From an uncultured Maribacter sp. (GTDB taxonomy: Bacteria > Bacteroidota > Bacteroidia > Flavobacteriales > Flavobacteriaceae): a stretch of DNA of 64,000 nt. Below, in pieces: positions 1 through 10,442 of this stretch. The stretch's first letter is position 1; each line of letters begins with the position of its first letter. The notes beneath the pieces were generated by a model. The model was not told the DNA's origin. It saw only the letters and a program-made list of their open reading frames with translations, and searched no databases. Both the position numbers and the translations under genes were made by a program. The stretch spans positions 98 to 64,097 of the forward strand of contig NZ_CANMRY010000013.1 in the NCBI RefSeq assembly GCF_947500405.1. Direction: 5' to 3'.

Positions 1-163
1 CTTTTTTATTACTGAAAACCAGACATTTAACAAGATAAATCTTTCATTTTTCCGCTTTCCACTAAAAAAAATTTGTTAAAATTACTTTTTTATGTCCCAC
101 AATACCAGTAATTTAGTTTCGCCATAGCATAAGTAGGTTAAGTTTATGGTAAGATTTGGGACG

Positions 164-191
164 AAAAGGGTGGAGACTTCTCCGCCCTTTT
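164..191 (+). terminator. Intrinsic (bidirectional-type) terminator hairpin
   Basis: 12-bp stem AAAAGGGTGGAG / CTCCGCCCTTTT (one G:U pair) with 4-nt loop ACTT; A-tract and T-tract form the stem ends. Sits directly after the long hairpin at 94-162. Confidence 0.55.
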
Positions 192-198
192 CTATTAC

Positions 199-233
199 AA
201 AAAAAGCCGCCTTGTTTACAAAAACAAGGCGGC
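199..233 (-). terminator. Intrinsic terminator of sodA
   Basis: Perfect 12-bp stem GCCGCCTTGTTT / AAACAAGGCGGC (206-233) with loop ACAA. On the minus strand it is followed by a 7-nt T-run (A-run 199-205). It lies 38 nt past the sodA stop. Confidence 0.8.
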
Positions 234-270
234 TTTTAAGCTGATTACTATAGTATTACCTATAAGTATC

Positions 271-879
271 TTATTTATTTGCTTCATATAAAGCAGAAAC
301 TTTATCCCAATTAATTACATTAAAAAATGCATTAACGTAATCTGGTCTTCTATTTTGGTAATTTAGGTAGTATGCGTGTTCCCATACATCTAAACCTAAA
401 ATAGGAAAACCACCACAACCAGTTTCTGGCATTAATGGGTTGTCCTGGTTTGGTGTAGAACAAACTTCTACTTTCCCTCCTTTATGTACACAAAGCCAAG
501 CCCAACCAGAACCAAACCTTGTTCCAGCAGCACTACTAAATTTATTTTTAAACTCTTCAAAAGAACCAAATGCAGAAGTTATTGCACTTGCTAATTCTCC
601 TGAAGGCTCTCCTCCTCCATTTGGAGAAAGTATTTCCCAAAATAATGAGTGGTTATAAAAACCTCCTCCATTATTTCTTACAGCTGCATTAGACATATCT
701 AAAGTTGCAAGAATATCATCAATAGATTTTCCTTCTAAAGCAGTACCCTCAATAGCACCATTTAATTTAGTTGTGTAACCGTTATGATGCTTAGTATGGT
801 GTATTTCCATAGTTCTTGCATCAATATGTGGTTCTAACGCATCATAAGCGTAAGGTAGTTTTGGTAGTTCAAAAGCCAT
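271..879 (-). CDS. sodA: Fe/Mn superoxide dismutase
   Basis: 202 aa. Classic N-terminus [32 protein letters not shown] and C-terminal DVWEHAYYL metal-ligand motif. Confidence 0.97.
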   Translation of the reverse strand: MAFELPKLPYAYDALEPHIDARTMEIHHTKHHNGYTTKLNGAIEGTALEGKSIDDILATLDMSNAAVRNNGGGFYNHSLFWEILSPNGGGEPSGELASAITSAFGSFEEFKNKFSSAAGTRFGSGWAWLCVHKGGKVEVCSTPNQDNPLMPETGCGGFPILGLDVWEHAYYLNYQNRRPDYVNAFFNVINWDKVSALYEANK

Positions 880-999
880 AATTTCTATATTATTTTATTA
901 ATTAATTTCCTGTATCAAATTTACTGTTTTTAAGTATCACATTCAATTAATTCTTTGTTAAGAACTATACATATTTTTGTACTTTGCATATAAAACACA

Positions 1000-3900
1000 T
1001 TGCAAGAAGCTTCTTATAAAATATACAATGCCTCCGCAGGTTCCGGAAAAACCTATGTACTTTCTAAAGAATACATAAAAACTATACTGTCATCAACACA
1101 TTCTTTTAAACAAATACTTGCTATAACATTTACAAATAAAGCTGTAAATGAAATGAAACAGCGTATTGTTCAAAGTTTATTTGAGTTTAGTAAAACTAAA
1201 TCTATAAATGAGGCATCGGCCATGTTTTTAGATATTACGAAAGAGCTAAATATAGATGCTACTGCGCTACAAGAAAAGAGTAAAAAAGTCTTAAAAAATA
1301 TTCTACATAATTACGCCTTTTTTGATATTTCTACCATAGATAAATTTACACACAGACTTATACGTACTTTCGCAAAAGATTTAAAATTGCCTCAAAATTT
1401 TGAAGTTGTTTTAGATACTTCTCTATTATTAGATGAAGCTGTGTCTTCTTTAATAAACAAAGCTGGTTCTAATAAAAAGCTTACCAAAGTACTTTTAGAT
1501 TTTGCAATTGAGAAAATAGATGATGATAAAAGTTGGGATATTGCTATAGATTTAAACAAAATAGGAAAACTACTTTTCAATGAAAATCAAGCAAAACATT
1601 TAGAAGCACTTAAATCAAAAAGTTTAGATGATTTTTTAAAACTAAAGAAAGATTTAGTACAAGAAATTTCTAAAATAGAGGCTGATGTTAAAGATGTAGC
1701 AAAAAACACCTTGCTTTTAATACAAGAATCGGGATTTGAGTTCAGTGATTTTCCAAGAGCAACCCTTCCTAATCATTTTAAAAAAATTGGAGAAGATATA
1801 TTTGAACCTAGCAAACTATATAATAATAAGTTAGAACAAAATTTAATGGATAATGAAATAGTAAAAAAAACTATTTCTAAACCTACAGAAGAGCTTTCTA
1901 AGCAAATATTAGAGTGCTACATCGCTATAAAAAAACTTTTATACTCCAGAGCTTTTTATAAAAATGCATATAAAAATTTAGTCCCCTTAACTGTACTAAA
2001 TGCTATACAGCAAGAAGTAAAAAACATACAAAAAGAAAAAGACCAGCTTTCTATATCTGAATTTAATACTATAATTTCTAATGAAATAAAAAACCAACCA
2101 GCTCCTTTTATCTATGAAAGGTTAGGAGAAAAATATAAACATTATTTTGTAGATGAATTTCAAGATACTTCTGAGATGCAATGGAATAATTTAACACCAT
2201 TAATGAGTAATGCTTTAGAAAGTGAAGATTTATCTGGAAAAACAGGTTCCCTATTTTTAGTTGGTGACGCTAAACAAGCAATATATAGATGGCGAGGAGG
2301 AAAAGCAGAACAATTTTTAAACCTAGCAAATAATAACACAAATCCTTTTGTTATACCTCCAAACATTAACAGCCTACCTAATAATTATCGTAGTTATGAA
2401 GAGATAATACAGTTTAATAATTCTTTTTTTACAACTACTAGTCCTTTTTTAAATAATACCTCCTATAAAGACTTGTTTGTCCAGGGTAATAAGCAAGGTA
2501 GTAATACCAAAAAAGGAGGCTTAGTTTCTCTTACCTTTTTAGAGGAAGAAAATAGTGAAGATGAAAATTACTGTAAAAAAGTCCTAGACACAATACATAG
2601 CGTAAAAAAAGAAGGCTATAATTATAATGATATTTGTATAATTACCCGAAAGAAAAAACATGGCGTTTTAATTGCTAATTTTTTAATGCAACATAAAATC
2701 CCAATAGTATCTTCAGAAAGCCTACTTCTTAAAAATAGTCCAAAAGTTCTTTTCTTAATATCCCTATTAAAATATAGTTTACAGCCAGATGATTTAGAAA
2801 ACAACTATTTACTACTCCAATTTTTATCTCAGGACAAAAAAAATAAACACAATTATATAGCATCTAATATAAACAGGATGCAAGAACTGTTTAAAAAGAA
2901 TTTTAATTACAATACTTCGCAAATAGAACAATCTTCTGTTTTTGATACTGTAGAATATGCCATTAAACAGTTTAAATTAGCGAAGAGTTCTGATGCTTAC
3001 ATAAACTATTTTTTAGATGTTGTACTAGAAGTGGAACAACAAAATAGTGCAGATCTGCAAACCTTTTTAAATTATTGGACTAAAAAAGAAGATTCTCTTA
3101 GTATTAGTGCCCCCGAAACAATGAACGCTGTACAAATAATGACAGTTCATAAATCTAAAGGTTTAGAGTTCAATATTGTTATTCTCCCTTTTGCAACTAC
3201 TAATTTTAATGAAGAAATAGACCCCAAGCTTTGGTTACCAAACACACTAAAAACATCTGAGAATTTTAAAGAATTACTAATTAGTAAAAAACAAGAAGTT
3301 ATTCATTATAATACTACTGCAGAGTATTTATATAATGATGAAGAGCATAAGTTAGAGCTAGACGCCTTTAATGTTCTATATGTAGCACTTACCAGAGCAG
3401 TTAAAGCTTTATATATTTATACTAAGAAAGACCTTAATAGAGATGGTAGCTATAAAAAAACATCCTATTCTGGTATGTTTATAGATTATCTAACGCAAAA
3501 AAATCTTTGGAACCTTGATACCCTAGAGTATACTTTTGGAACTTTGCCAGATAATAAAGAAAAAGATAGTACAAACACTCTTAATACTATACCTTATATA
3601 TATACCGAAAAAGACCGGCCAAGTTTTAATATAATTACAACATCTGGCATGCTTTGGGATACTTCTAGGGAAGACGCTATAAATACTGGAAACCTATACC
3701 ATAATATATTAAGTACTATAGAAACTAAAGAAGATATAAATATTGCAGTTAGTAAAGCTATTACTGTTGGAGAAATAAATAATGAAGATGTAGAAGTAGT
3801 TACTAGTAAACTAAAAGAAATTATTAATCACCCAGAATTAAAAGGTTTTTATGAGGGCAATATAACAGTTAGTAATGAAAAAGAAATAGTTACAAAACAA

Positions 3901-4098
3901 GGAAAACTATTAAGGCCAGATAGGGTAACCATAAATAATAAAGAAGCAACGGTTATAGATTACAAAACTGGAAAGAAAAACCCGCAATATTACCAACAAG
4001 TTTATGAATATTGTGACGCTCTTGAAGATATGGGCTTTCAAATAAAAAATAAAATTATTATATACATAAATAATAAAATAGAAATAGAATATATATAA
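1000..4098 (+). CDS. UvrD/AddA-like ATP-dependent helicase with C-terminal RecB-type nuclease motif
   Basis: 1032 aa. Walker A SAGSGKTY; UvrD motifs VDEFQDTS, GDAKQAIYRWRGG, TVHKSKGLEF, LYVALTRA; C-terminal RPDRV...VIDYKTGK (PD-(D/E)XK). TTG start as in the ORF track, no in-frame ATG nearby. Confidence 0.85.
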   Translation: MQEASYKIYNASAGSGKTYVLSKEYIKTILSSTHSFKQILAITFTNKAVNEMKQRIVQSLFEFSKTKSINEASAMFLDITKELNIDATALQEKSKKVLKNILHNYAFFDISTIDKFTHRLIRTFAKDLKLPQNFEVVLDTSLLLDEAVSSLINKAGSNKKLTKVLLDFAIEKIDDDKSWDIAIDLNKIGKLLFNENQAKHLEALKSKSLDDFLKLKKDLVQEISKIEADVKDVAKNTLLLIQESGFEFSDFPRATLPNHFKKIGEDIFEPSKLYNNKLEQNLMDNEIVKKTISKPTEELSKQILECYIAIKKLLYSRAFYKNAYKNLVPLTVLNAIQQEVKNIQKEKDQLSISEFNTIISNEIKNQPAPFIYERLGEKYKHYFVDEFQDTSEMQWNNLTPLMSNALESEDLSGKTGSLFLVGDAKQAIYRWRGGKAEQFLNLANNNTNPFVIPPNINSLPNNYRSYEEIIQFNNSFFTTTSPFLNNTSYKDLFVQGNKQGSNTKKGGLVSLTFLEEENSEDENYCKKVLDTIHSVKKEGYNYNDICIITRKKKHGVLIANFLMQHKIPIVSSESLLLKNSPKVLFLISLLKYSLQPDDLENNYLLLQFLSQDKKNKHNYIASNINRMQELFKKNFNYNTSQIEQSSVFDTVEYAIKQFKLAKSSDAYINYFLDVVLEVEQQNSADLQTFLNYWTKKEDSLSISAPETMNAVQIMTVHKSKGLEFNIVILPFATTNFNEEIDPKLWLPNTLKTSENFKELLISKKQEVIHYNTTAEYLYNDEEHKLELDAFNVLYVALTRAVKALYIYTKKDLNRDGSYKKTSYSGMFIDYLTQKNLWNLDTLEYTFGTLPDNKEKDSTNTLNTIPYIYTEKDRPSFNIITTSGMLWDTSREDAINTGNLYHNILSTIETKEDINIAVSKAITVGEINNEDVEVVTSKLKEIINHPELKGFYEGNITVSNEKEIVTKQGKLLRPDRVTINNKEATVIDYKTGKKNPQYYQQVYEYCDALEDMGFQIKNKIIIYINNKIEIEYI

Positions 4099-4224
4099 CG
4101 CTATGGTACTCATGCACATATATTTAGGAATAATATGAGACAAACTACTACAAGAAGAATGTTAAAATTCGACAAAATGCATACTTTTTTCTATTAAATG
4201 CATTAAAAAAAATAGGAAATTGAT

Positions 4225-4255
4225 TTTGTTAATAATATTTAACAACTTACATTTG
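4225..4255 (+). promoter_or_regulatory. Bacteroidota sigma-A type promoter for the OmpA-family gene
   Basis: TTTG (4225-4228), 19-nt spacer, TACATTTG (4248-4255). This matches the -33 TTTG / -7 TAnnTTTG consensus and lies 29 nt upstream of the ATG. Confidence 0.6.
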
Positions 4256-4283
4256 CAGCTAATAAACACTTAAACTTAAAAAT

Positions 4284-5636
4284 TTGAACATGAAACATCT
4301 TAGCAAATTATTGGTTGTTGCTCTACTTGTTGTAGGTTTTAACAACATACAAGCGCAAGACGAAAATAACCCATGGCAGGTTACTTTTGGGGTTAATGCA
4401 GTTGACGTATACCCTACAGGTGATTTCCCAAACAGTTCTTTTGGAAATGAGCTTTTTAATGCAACTGACCACTGGAACATATTACCTTCTATTTCTTACG
4501 TAGGAGTATCTAAAAACGTTGGTGGTGGTTTCTCTGTTGGAGCTAAAGGTTCTTTAAACAAAATTAGCAAATGGGGAGATACTTCAGTTGATGATTTATC
4601 TTACTATGGTTTAGATGGTACTATTAAGTACAACTTTTTACAAAACAAATGTATTGACCCATTCGCTGAAATAGGTGGTGGTTATTCTTGGATTGATGAA
4701 ATAGGTGCTGGTACTGCAAATGGTGGTGTTGGTGTTAACTTTTGGTTCACAGAAAACATAGGTCTTACTGTTCAATCTACATATAAGCATTCTTTTGAAG
4801 ACTATTTAGTATCTCACTGGCAACATATGGCTGGTATAGCTATTAAATTTGGTGGTACTGATACAGATGGTGATGGTGTTTATGACAAAGATGATGCTTG
4901 TCCTGAAGTTGCTGGTTTAGAAGCTTTTAATGGTTGTCCTGATGCTGATGGTGATGGTATAGAAGACAGTAAAGATGCTTGTCCTAATGCTGCTGGTACT
5001 AAAGAAATGAATGGTTGTCCTGATGCTGACGGTGACGGTGTTGCTGATAAAGATGATGCTTGTCCTGAAGTTGCTGGTTTAGCTGGTTTAGCTGGTTGTC
5101 CTGATGCTGACGGTGATGGTGTTGCTGATAAAGATGACGAATGTCCTCAAGAAGCAGGTCCTGCTGAAAATAAAGGTTGTCCTTGGGCTGATAAAGATGG
5201 TGATAGTGTTTTAGATAAAGACGATGCTTGTCCTGAAGTTGCTGGTACTGTTGCTAACAATGGTTGTCCTGAAGTAACTGAAGAAGTTCAGAAGCAATTA
5301 AATGAATATGCAAGAACTATCTTATTTGATACTGGTAAATCTTCTATCAAAGCAGAATCTACTGCTGTTATGGTTGATATTATCACAATCTTAGCTGAGT
5401 ATCCAACTGCTAAATTTACAGTAGAAGGTCATACAGACAGCGTTGGTAGTGCTAAATTAAACCAAAAATTATCTGATTCTAGAGCTAATTCAGTTCGTGA
5501 TTTCTTAATTGATAAAGGAATTGGTTCTGATAGATTAACTGCTATTGGATATGGAGAAGATAAGCCTATAGCTACTAATAATACTAGAGCTGGTAGAAAA
5601 TCTAACAGAAGAGTTGAAATTAACTTAATTAAATAA
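4284..5636 (+). CDS. OmpA-family outer-membrane protein with thrombospondin type-3 (Ca-binding) repeats
   Basis: Signal peptide ([23 protein letters not shown]), Gly/aromatic-rich barrel-like N-domain, several DxDxDGxxDxxDxCP repeats, and a C-terminal OmpA/PG-binding domain ([11 protein letters not shown]...LSDSRANSV...NRRVEI). Confidence 0.92.
   Translation: MNMKHLSKLLVVALLVVGFNNIQAQDENNPWQVTFGVNAVDVYPTGDFPNSSFGNELFNATDHWNILPSISYVGVSKNVGGGFSVGAKGSLNKISKWGDTSVDDLSYYGLDGTIKYNFLQNKCIDPFAEIGGGYSWIDEIGAGTANGGVGVNFWFTENIGLTVQSTYKHSFEDYLVSHWQHMAGIAIKFGGTDTDGDGVYDKDDACPEVAGLEAFNGCPDADGDGIEDSKDACPNAAGTKEMNGCPDADGDGVADKDDACPEVAGLAGLAGCPDADGDGVADKDDECPQEAGPAENKGCPWADKDGDSVLDKDDACPEVAGTVANNGCPEVTEEVQKQLNEYARTILFDTGKSSIKAESTAVMVDIITILAEYPTAKFTVEGHTDSVGSAKLNQKLSDSRANSVRDFLIDKGIGSDRLTAIGYGEDKPIATNNTRAGRKSNRRVEINLIK
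4858..5273 (+). repeat. In-frame TSP3 coding repeats (about 81-nt period)
   Basis: Recurrent GATGCTTGTCCTGAAGTTGCTGGT / TGTCCTGATGCTGA(C/T)GGTGA(C/T)GGT blocks. Copies at 5013-5066 and 5094-5147 differ at only about 5 of 54 nt. Confidence 0.9.
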
Positions 5637-5663
5637 GAAGATTTAACACTCTTATTATAATAT

Positions 5664-5691
5664 AAAGCTCCGCAATTGCGGAGCTTTTTTT
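5664..5691 (+). terminator. Intrinsic terminator after the OmpA-family gene
   Basis: AAAGCTCCGC-AATT-GCGGAGCTTT followed by a T-run. Confidence 0.85.
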
Positions 5692-5701
5692 ATATTTAAA
5701 A

Positions 5702-8449
5702 ATGAATGGATTTTTAGAAGAAGTACTAGATAAAATACTTTCACAAAATAGTAGTCTTAGTAATCATATATTTATTTTACCTAGTAAAAGAGCTGGTACA
5801 TTTTTAAAAAATTCCATTGCAAAAAAAGCAACAAAAACAGAATTTGCACCAGAAATATGGAGTATAGAAACATTTATAGAAAAAATTTCTGGTCTCTCCT
5901 ATGCATCTAACCTAGAGCAACTTTTTGCCCTTTATAACACCTATTTAAAGAGTAAGCCCAAAGAAATAGAAACATTTTATTCATTTTCTAAATGGGGGCA
6001 AACACTTCTGCAAGATTTTAATGAGATAGACCGCTATTTAATAGACACAAAAAAGCTATTCTCTAACTTATCTGCAATACAAGAAATATCGCATTGGTCA
6101 CCAGAAGCACCAAAAACCCAATTAATGGAGGACTACCTTCTTTTTTGGAACAATTTAGATGTTATTTACAAAAACTTTAATGTATCCTTACTAAATAAAA
6201 ATAAAGGTCACCAAGGCTTAGTGTATAGAACAGCTTGCCGTAAATTAAAACCCTATTTAAAAGAAAATAAAAGCAAAACATTTATTTTTCTTGGTTTTAA
6301 TGCCCTAAACGAATCCGAAAGTATCATAATACAACAAATTCTAGAACAACATAGTTCGGACATTTTTTGGGATATAGATAATAGTTTCCTCAAAGACCCT
6401 GTACATGATGCTGGTCTTTTTCTTAGGGGTCATAAAAAAAATTGGAACCATTTTAACTCTAATCAGTTTAAGGGTGTTAGTAATTACTATTCAGAACCCA
6501 AAAAAATTGAAATAATAGGTACGCCAAAAAATATTTCGCAAGCAAAATATGTTGGTAATCTTCTAAAAAAAATAACGAAAACCTCTAATAACACTATTAA
6601 AAATACAGCTGTTATTCTAGCAGATGAGAGCTTACTAAACCCAATACTAAACTCTATTCCAGAAGAAATTAACTCGGTAAATATTACTATGGGTTACAAT
6701 TTAGAAAAAACACCCCTAGCTAGCTTCTTTAAGTTATTTTTTGAGTTATATATTAAACGCAATACTAAGGGTTGGTTTTATTCTAATTTATTAGATTTTT
6801 TGTCTCACCCAACCACTACATCATTTCTTAACAATAAAGAAGAAAACAATAGTAACCTAATAAGTAATGCCATAAAAAATAAAAACTGGTCTTACATAAC
6901 ACCTGAAAAAATTATAAGTGTTGCAAAAGATAAAGATTGTATCCCAACCGTATTTCAAGAATTAAACTTTACTCCTTTAAGTTTTACTAAAAGGTGTTTA
7001 TTAATAATATCTAAATTAAAAGATATATACACAGAGCAGTCTAATTCTTTAGCATTAGAGTATTTATATCGTTTTAATAGCCTATTCAATCAACTTAATA
7101 CGCTATTAGCAGAACATAATTATATGAACGATTTAAAATCCCTCTTAAGCCTTTACAATGAACTTTTATCCTCTGAAACTTTAGATTTTAGAGGGGATCC
7201 AATAGAAGGGCTTCAAATTATGGGAATGTTAGAAAGCAGAAACTTAGATTTTGAAACGGTAATCATAACTTCTGTAAATGAAGGTATTTTACCCTCAGGA
7301 AAATCTAACAATTCTTTTATCCCTTTTGATTTAAAAATTGCACATGGCTTACCAACCTATAAAGAAAAAGATGCCGTATACACCTATCACTTTTACAGAA
7401 TATTACAGCGAGCAAAAAATGTATATCTAATCTATAATACAGAGCCAGATGTATTGGAAGGCGGTGAAAAAAGTAGGCTAATAACACAGCTTTTAACCGA
7501 TGAAAATAAAATTGGGGATATTACGGAAAAAATTGCAACACCAAATGTTGTTCCTTCCCTAAAAGAGGATGAAATAATAGAAAAGGATGTAGACTTAATG
7601 TTGCTAATTAAAAATCATGCAAGTAATGGTTTTTCTCCTACTTCATTAAGTAATTACATTAGAAACCCTATAGATTTTTACAAAAGAAACCTTTTAAAAA
7701 TAGATGATTTATTAGCAGTAGAAGAAACTGTTGCTGCAAATACTTTTGGTACTATAGTGCATGATACTTTAGAGGATTTATATACGCCTTTTGTTGGAAA
7801 AACCTTAGAGGTATCTTTACTAAATGAAGCTAAAAAAAATATAGAAGCCCTTGTAAAAAAACATTTTGCAAAGACTTATGCAGAAGGAGATATAAATTAC
7901 GGAAAAAACTTAATTGCTTATAATGTTATTCTACGGTATATAGAACGATTTATAAATCTAGAAATTAAGCAAGTAAAGCAAAACACTATAAAAATAATTG
8001 CCCTAGAACAAAATCTTAAAGTTTCTCTTAATTTTCCAGAACTAGACTATCCAATAGTTTTAAAAGGAAAATTAGACCGTATTGATGAGGAAAATGGAAT
8101 TTTAAGAATAATTGACTATAAAACTGGTAGGGTAGAACCTAAAAACGTTAAGATAAATAACTGGGAAGACTGTATTACAGATTACTCCTATAGTAAAGCA
8201 TTTCAGCTACTTTGCTATAGTGTTATGTTTAATGCTCAAAATCCTATTTCTGAAATACAAGCAGGTATTATAACTTTTAAAAATCTTAACGCTGGAATCT
8301 TAAAATTTAACACTCCAAAAGAGCCAAAAAAAAGCGCACTAGATTCTCTAATAAATAAAGAAACGCTTGATCTATTTTTAGTAGAGCTCAAGCGTCTTAT
8401 TTTAGAAATTTGTAATCCAAATATTCCTTTCAAAGAAAAGGAAGTCTAA
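5702..8449 (+). CDS. PD-(D/E)XK nuclease family protein (AddB-like partner)
   Basis: 915 aa. C-terminal GKLDRID...RIIDYKTGR nuclease motif; N-terminal degenerate P-loop (ILPSKRAGTF); no full helicase motif set. Lies in the same neighbourhood as the AddA-like gene. Confidence 0.7.
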   Translation: MNGFLEEVLDKILSQNSSLSNHIFILPSKRAGTFLKNSIAKKATKTEFAPEIWSIETFIEKISGLSYASNLEQLFALYNTYLKSKPKEIETFYSFSKWGQTLLQDFNEIDRYLIDTKKLFSNLSAIQEISHWSPEAPKTQLMEDYLLFWNNLDVIYKNFNVSLLNKNKGHQGLVYRTACRKLKPYLKENKSKTFIFLGFNALNESESIIIQQILEQHSSDIFWDIDNSFLKDPVHDAGLFLRGHKKNWNHFNSNQFKGVSNYYSEPKKIEIIGTPKNISQAKYVGNLLKKITKTSNNTIKNTAVILADESLLNPILNSIPEEINSVNITMGYNLEKTPLASFFKLFFELYIKRNTKGWFYSNLLDFLSHPTTTSFLNNKEENNSNLISNAIKNKNWSYITPEKIISVAKDKDCIPTVFQELNFTPLSFTKRCLLIISKLKDIYTEQSNSLALEYLYRFNSLFNQLNTLLAEHNYMNDLKSLLSLYNELLSSETLDFRGDPIEGLQIMGMLESRNLDFETVIITSVNEGILPSGKSNNSFIPFDLKIAHGLPTYKEKDAVYTYHFYRILQRAKNVYLIYNTEPDVLEGGEKSRLITQLLTDENKIGDITEKIATPNVVPSLKEDEIIEKDVDLMLLIKNHASNGFSPTSLSNYIRNPIDFYKRNLLKIDDLLAVEETVAANTFGTIVHDTLEDLYTPFVGKTLEVSLLNEAKKNIEALVKKHFAKTYAEGDINYGKNLIAYNVILRYIERFINLEIKQVKQNTIKIIALEQNLKVSLNFPELDYPIVLKGKLDRIDEENGILRIIDYKTGRVEPKNVKINNWEDCITDYSYSKAFQLLCYSVMFNAQNPISEIQAGIITFKNLNAGILKFNTPKEPKKSALDSLINKETLDLFLVELKRLILEICNPNIPFKEKEV

Positions 8450-9165
8450 GATAATTTTTTATCTGGTCTAGTAGGTCTCACCTCTATTTTACTCGGTAAG
8501 GTTCTAGGGTGCATTTTTAATAAATCTAATACCAATTCTCCTATATCTTCGGGCTGTATTTTCCATGCATCTTTATCGGATGGAGAATTCCCTGCAAACT
8601 CTGTAGAAACAGAACCTGGCATTATTGTAGAAACTTTAACGTCATATTGTCTTAAGTCTAACATAGCTGCTTGGGTAAACCCTACAACTCCATACTTAGT
8701 TGCATTATAACCTGCACCATTTGCAAAAAAATTTGTTCCTGCCAAACTAGCCAAAGTAATATAATATCCTTTAGATTTTTTTAAAGCCTCTACAGATGCT
8801 TTTAAAGTATGAAAAACGCCATTTAAGTTTGTATTTATCATAGCGTTCCAATTATCACTAGACATTTGGTCTATTGGTGCAAAATGCCCTACTCCTGCAT
8901 TAGCTAGTACAACATCTACTTTTCCCCATTTTTCTATAATAGTAGAAATAGCAATTTGCTCATCTTCTATTTTAGTAACGTCCGAAGCTAAGGCTAATAC
9001 ATTCTCATTAATTTCTAAATATTCTGCTGCTTTTTTAACCGTTTTTAATGTTCTACCACTAATGGCAACCTTCATTCCCGCATCTACTAGTTTTTTTGCT
9101 ATTCCAAAACCAATTCCTTTAGACCCCCCTGTTATATATGCTACTTTTCCTTTTAAATTTTCCAT
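8446..9165 (-). CDS. SDR-family oxidoreductase
   Basis: 239 aa. TGGSKGIG cofactor motif and catalytic YNATK. Confidence 0.85.
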   Translation of the reverse strand: MENLKGKVAYITGGSKGIGFGIAKKLVDAGMKVAISGRTLKTVKKAAEYLEINENVLALASDVTKIEDEQIAISTIIEKWGKVDVVLANAGVGHFAPIDQMSSDNWNAMINTNLNGVFHTLKASVEALKKSKGYYITLASLAGTNFFANGAGYNATKYGVVGFTQAAMLDLRQYDVKVSTIMPGSVSTEFAGNSPSDKDAWKIQPEDIGELVLDLLKMHPRTLPSKIEVRPTRPDKKLS

Positions 9166-9254
9166 TTATTCTTTTTTATGACTTTATAACTTCAAAAGTA
9201 TTAAATACTTATTCTTATATACCGTAAGAATGTGTTAAGAATTATATAGTTTAT

Positions 9255-9289
9255 CAAAAAAAGCTCCAGTTAATATTAATTGGAGCTTT
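9255..9289 (-). terminator. Intrinsic terminator of the hppD operon
   Basis: On the minus strand: AGCTCCAATT-AATATT-AACTGGAGCT followed by TTTTTTT. It lies 22 nt past the hppD stop. Confidence 0.75.
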
Positions 9290-9310
9290 GAATACTTTAC
9301 TAATTAAAAA

Positions 9311-10426
9311 CTAAAGAGTACCTCGCAACTCTTGTTCTCTTTCTAAAGCTTCAAATAAAGCTTTAAAATTACCTTTACCAAAGGATGTAGCTCCTTTACG
9401 TTGTATTATTTCAAAGAACATAGTAGGCCTTGCTTGTACTGTTTTAGTAAATATTTGCAATAAATACCCTTCATCATCACGGTCTACTAAAATTCCTAAT
9501 GGTCTTAGAGCTTCAATATCCTCATCAATTTTACCAACTCTTTCGGTTAAAACATCATAATAAGAATCTGGCACTCTTAAAAATTCTACGCCTCTATCTC
9601 TTAATTCTGTAACAGTTTTTACTATATCATTTGTTGCAACAGCAATATGTTGTACACCCTCTCCTTCATAAAATTCTAGATACTCATCTACTTGCGATTT
9701 TTTTAATCCTGGTGCTGGTTCATTAATAGGAAACTTAATTCTCCCGTTACCAGAGCTCATTACTTTACTCATTAAAGCGGTAAATTCTGTAGAAATATCT
9801 TTATCATCAAAAGACATTATTTGTGTAAAGCCCATAACCTCTTCATAGAACTTTACCCAATGGTTCATTTGCCCTAAAGCCACATTACCAACCATATGAT
9901 CTACATATTTAAGACCAACTGGCTCTGGATTGTAATTAGCGGTTTCCCAAACAACAAAACCCGGCAAAAACGCGCCGTTATAATTTTTACGCTCTACAAA
10001 TATATGCACAACCTCTCCATAAGAATAAATCCCTGAACGTACTACTTCTCCATGTTCATCTTTCTCTGTAACAGGTTTCATATAATGTGTTGCACCTCTC
10101 TTTATGGCTTCATTATACGCATAAGTAGCATCATCTACCCATAGAGCTGTAACTTTTACACCATCTCCATGGGTATCTATATGTTTGCCAACTTCTGTTC
10201 CACTTTTTAAAGGAGAAGTTAAAACCAATCTAATTTTATCTTGTACAACTACATAAGACTCTAACTCTTTACTTCCAGTTTCTAACCCTTTATATGCAAG
10301 AGACTTAAATCCGAATGCTGATTTATAATAATGTGCTGCTTGCTTGGCATTACTAACATAAAATTCTAAATAATCAGTTCCGTTTATAGGCATAAAATCT
10401 TTAGCCCCTTCTATTGTTTGCGACAT
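9311..10426 (-). CDS. hppD: 4-hydroxyphenylpyruvate dioxygenase
   Basis: 371 aa, two VOC-fold halves; typical HPPD sequence (GVQHIAVATNDI, FFEIIQRKG...GFGKGNFKALFEA). Confidence 0.93.
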   Translation of the reverse strand: MSQTIEGAKDFMPINGTDYLEFYVSNAKQAAHYYKSAFGFKSLAYKGLETGSKELESYVVVQDKIRLVLTSPLKSGTEVGKHIDTHGDGVKVTALWVDDATYAYNEAIKRGATHYMKPVTEKDEHGEVVRSGIYSYGEVVHIFVERKNYNGAFLPGFVVWETANYNPEPVGLKYVDHMVGNVALGQMNHWVKFYEEVMGFTQIMSFDDKDISTEFTALMSKVMSSGNGRIKFPINEPAPGLKKSQVDEYLEFYEGEGVQHIAVATNDIVKTVTELRDRGVEFLRVPDSYYDVLTERVGKIDEDIEALRPLGILVDRDDEGYLLQIFTKTVQARPTMFFEIIQRKGATSFGKGNFKALFEALEREQELRGTL

Positions 10427-10442
10427 TACAATTTATTTTTAA

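Noticed and set aside
4858-5273. Repetitive DNA that could be a mobile element or CRISPR-like array
   Set aside because: The repeats are in frame within a long ORF and encode calcium-binding thrombospondin type-3 motifs (DxDxDGxxDxxDxCP).
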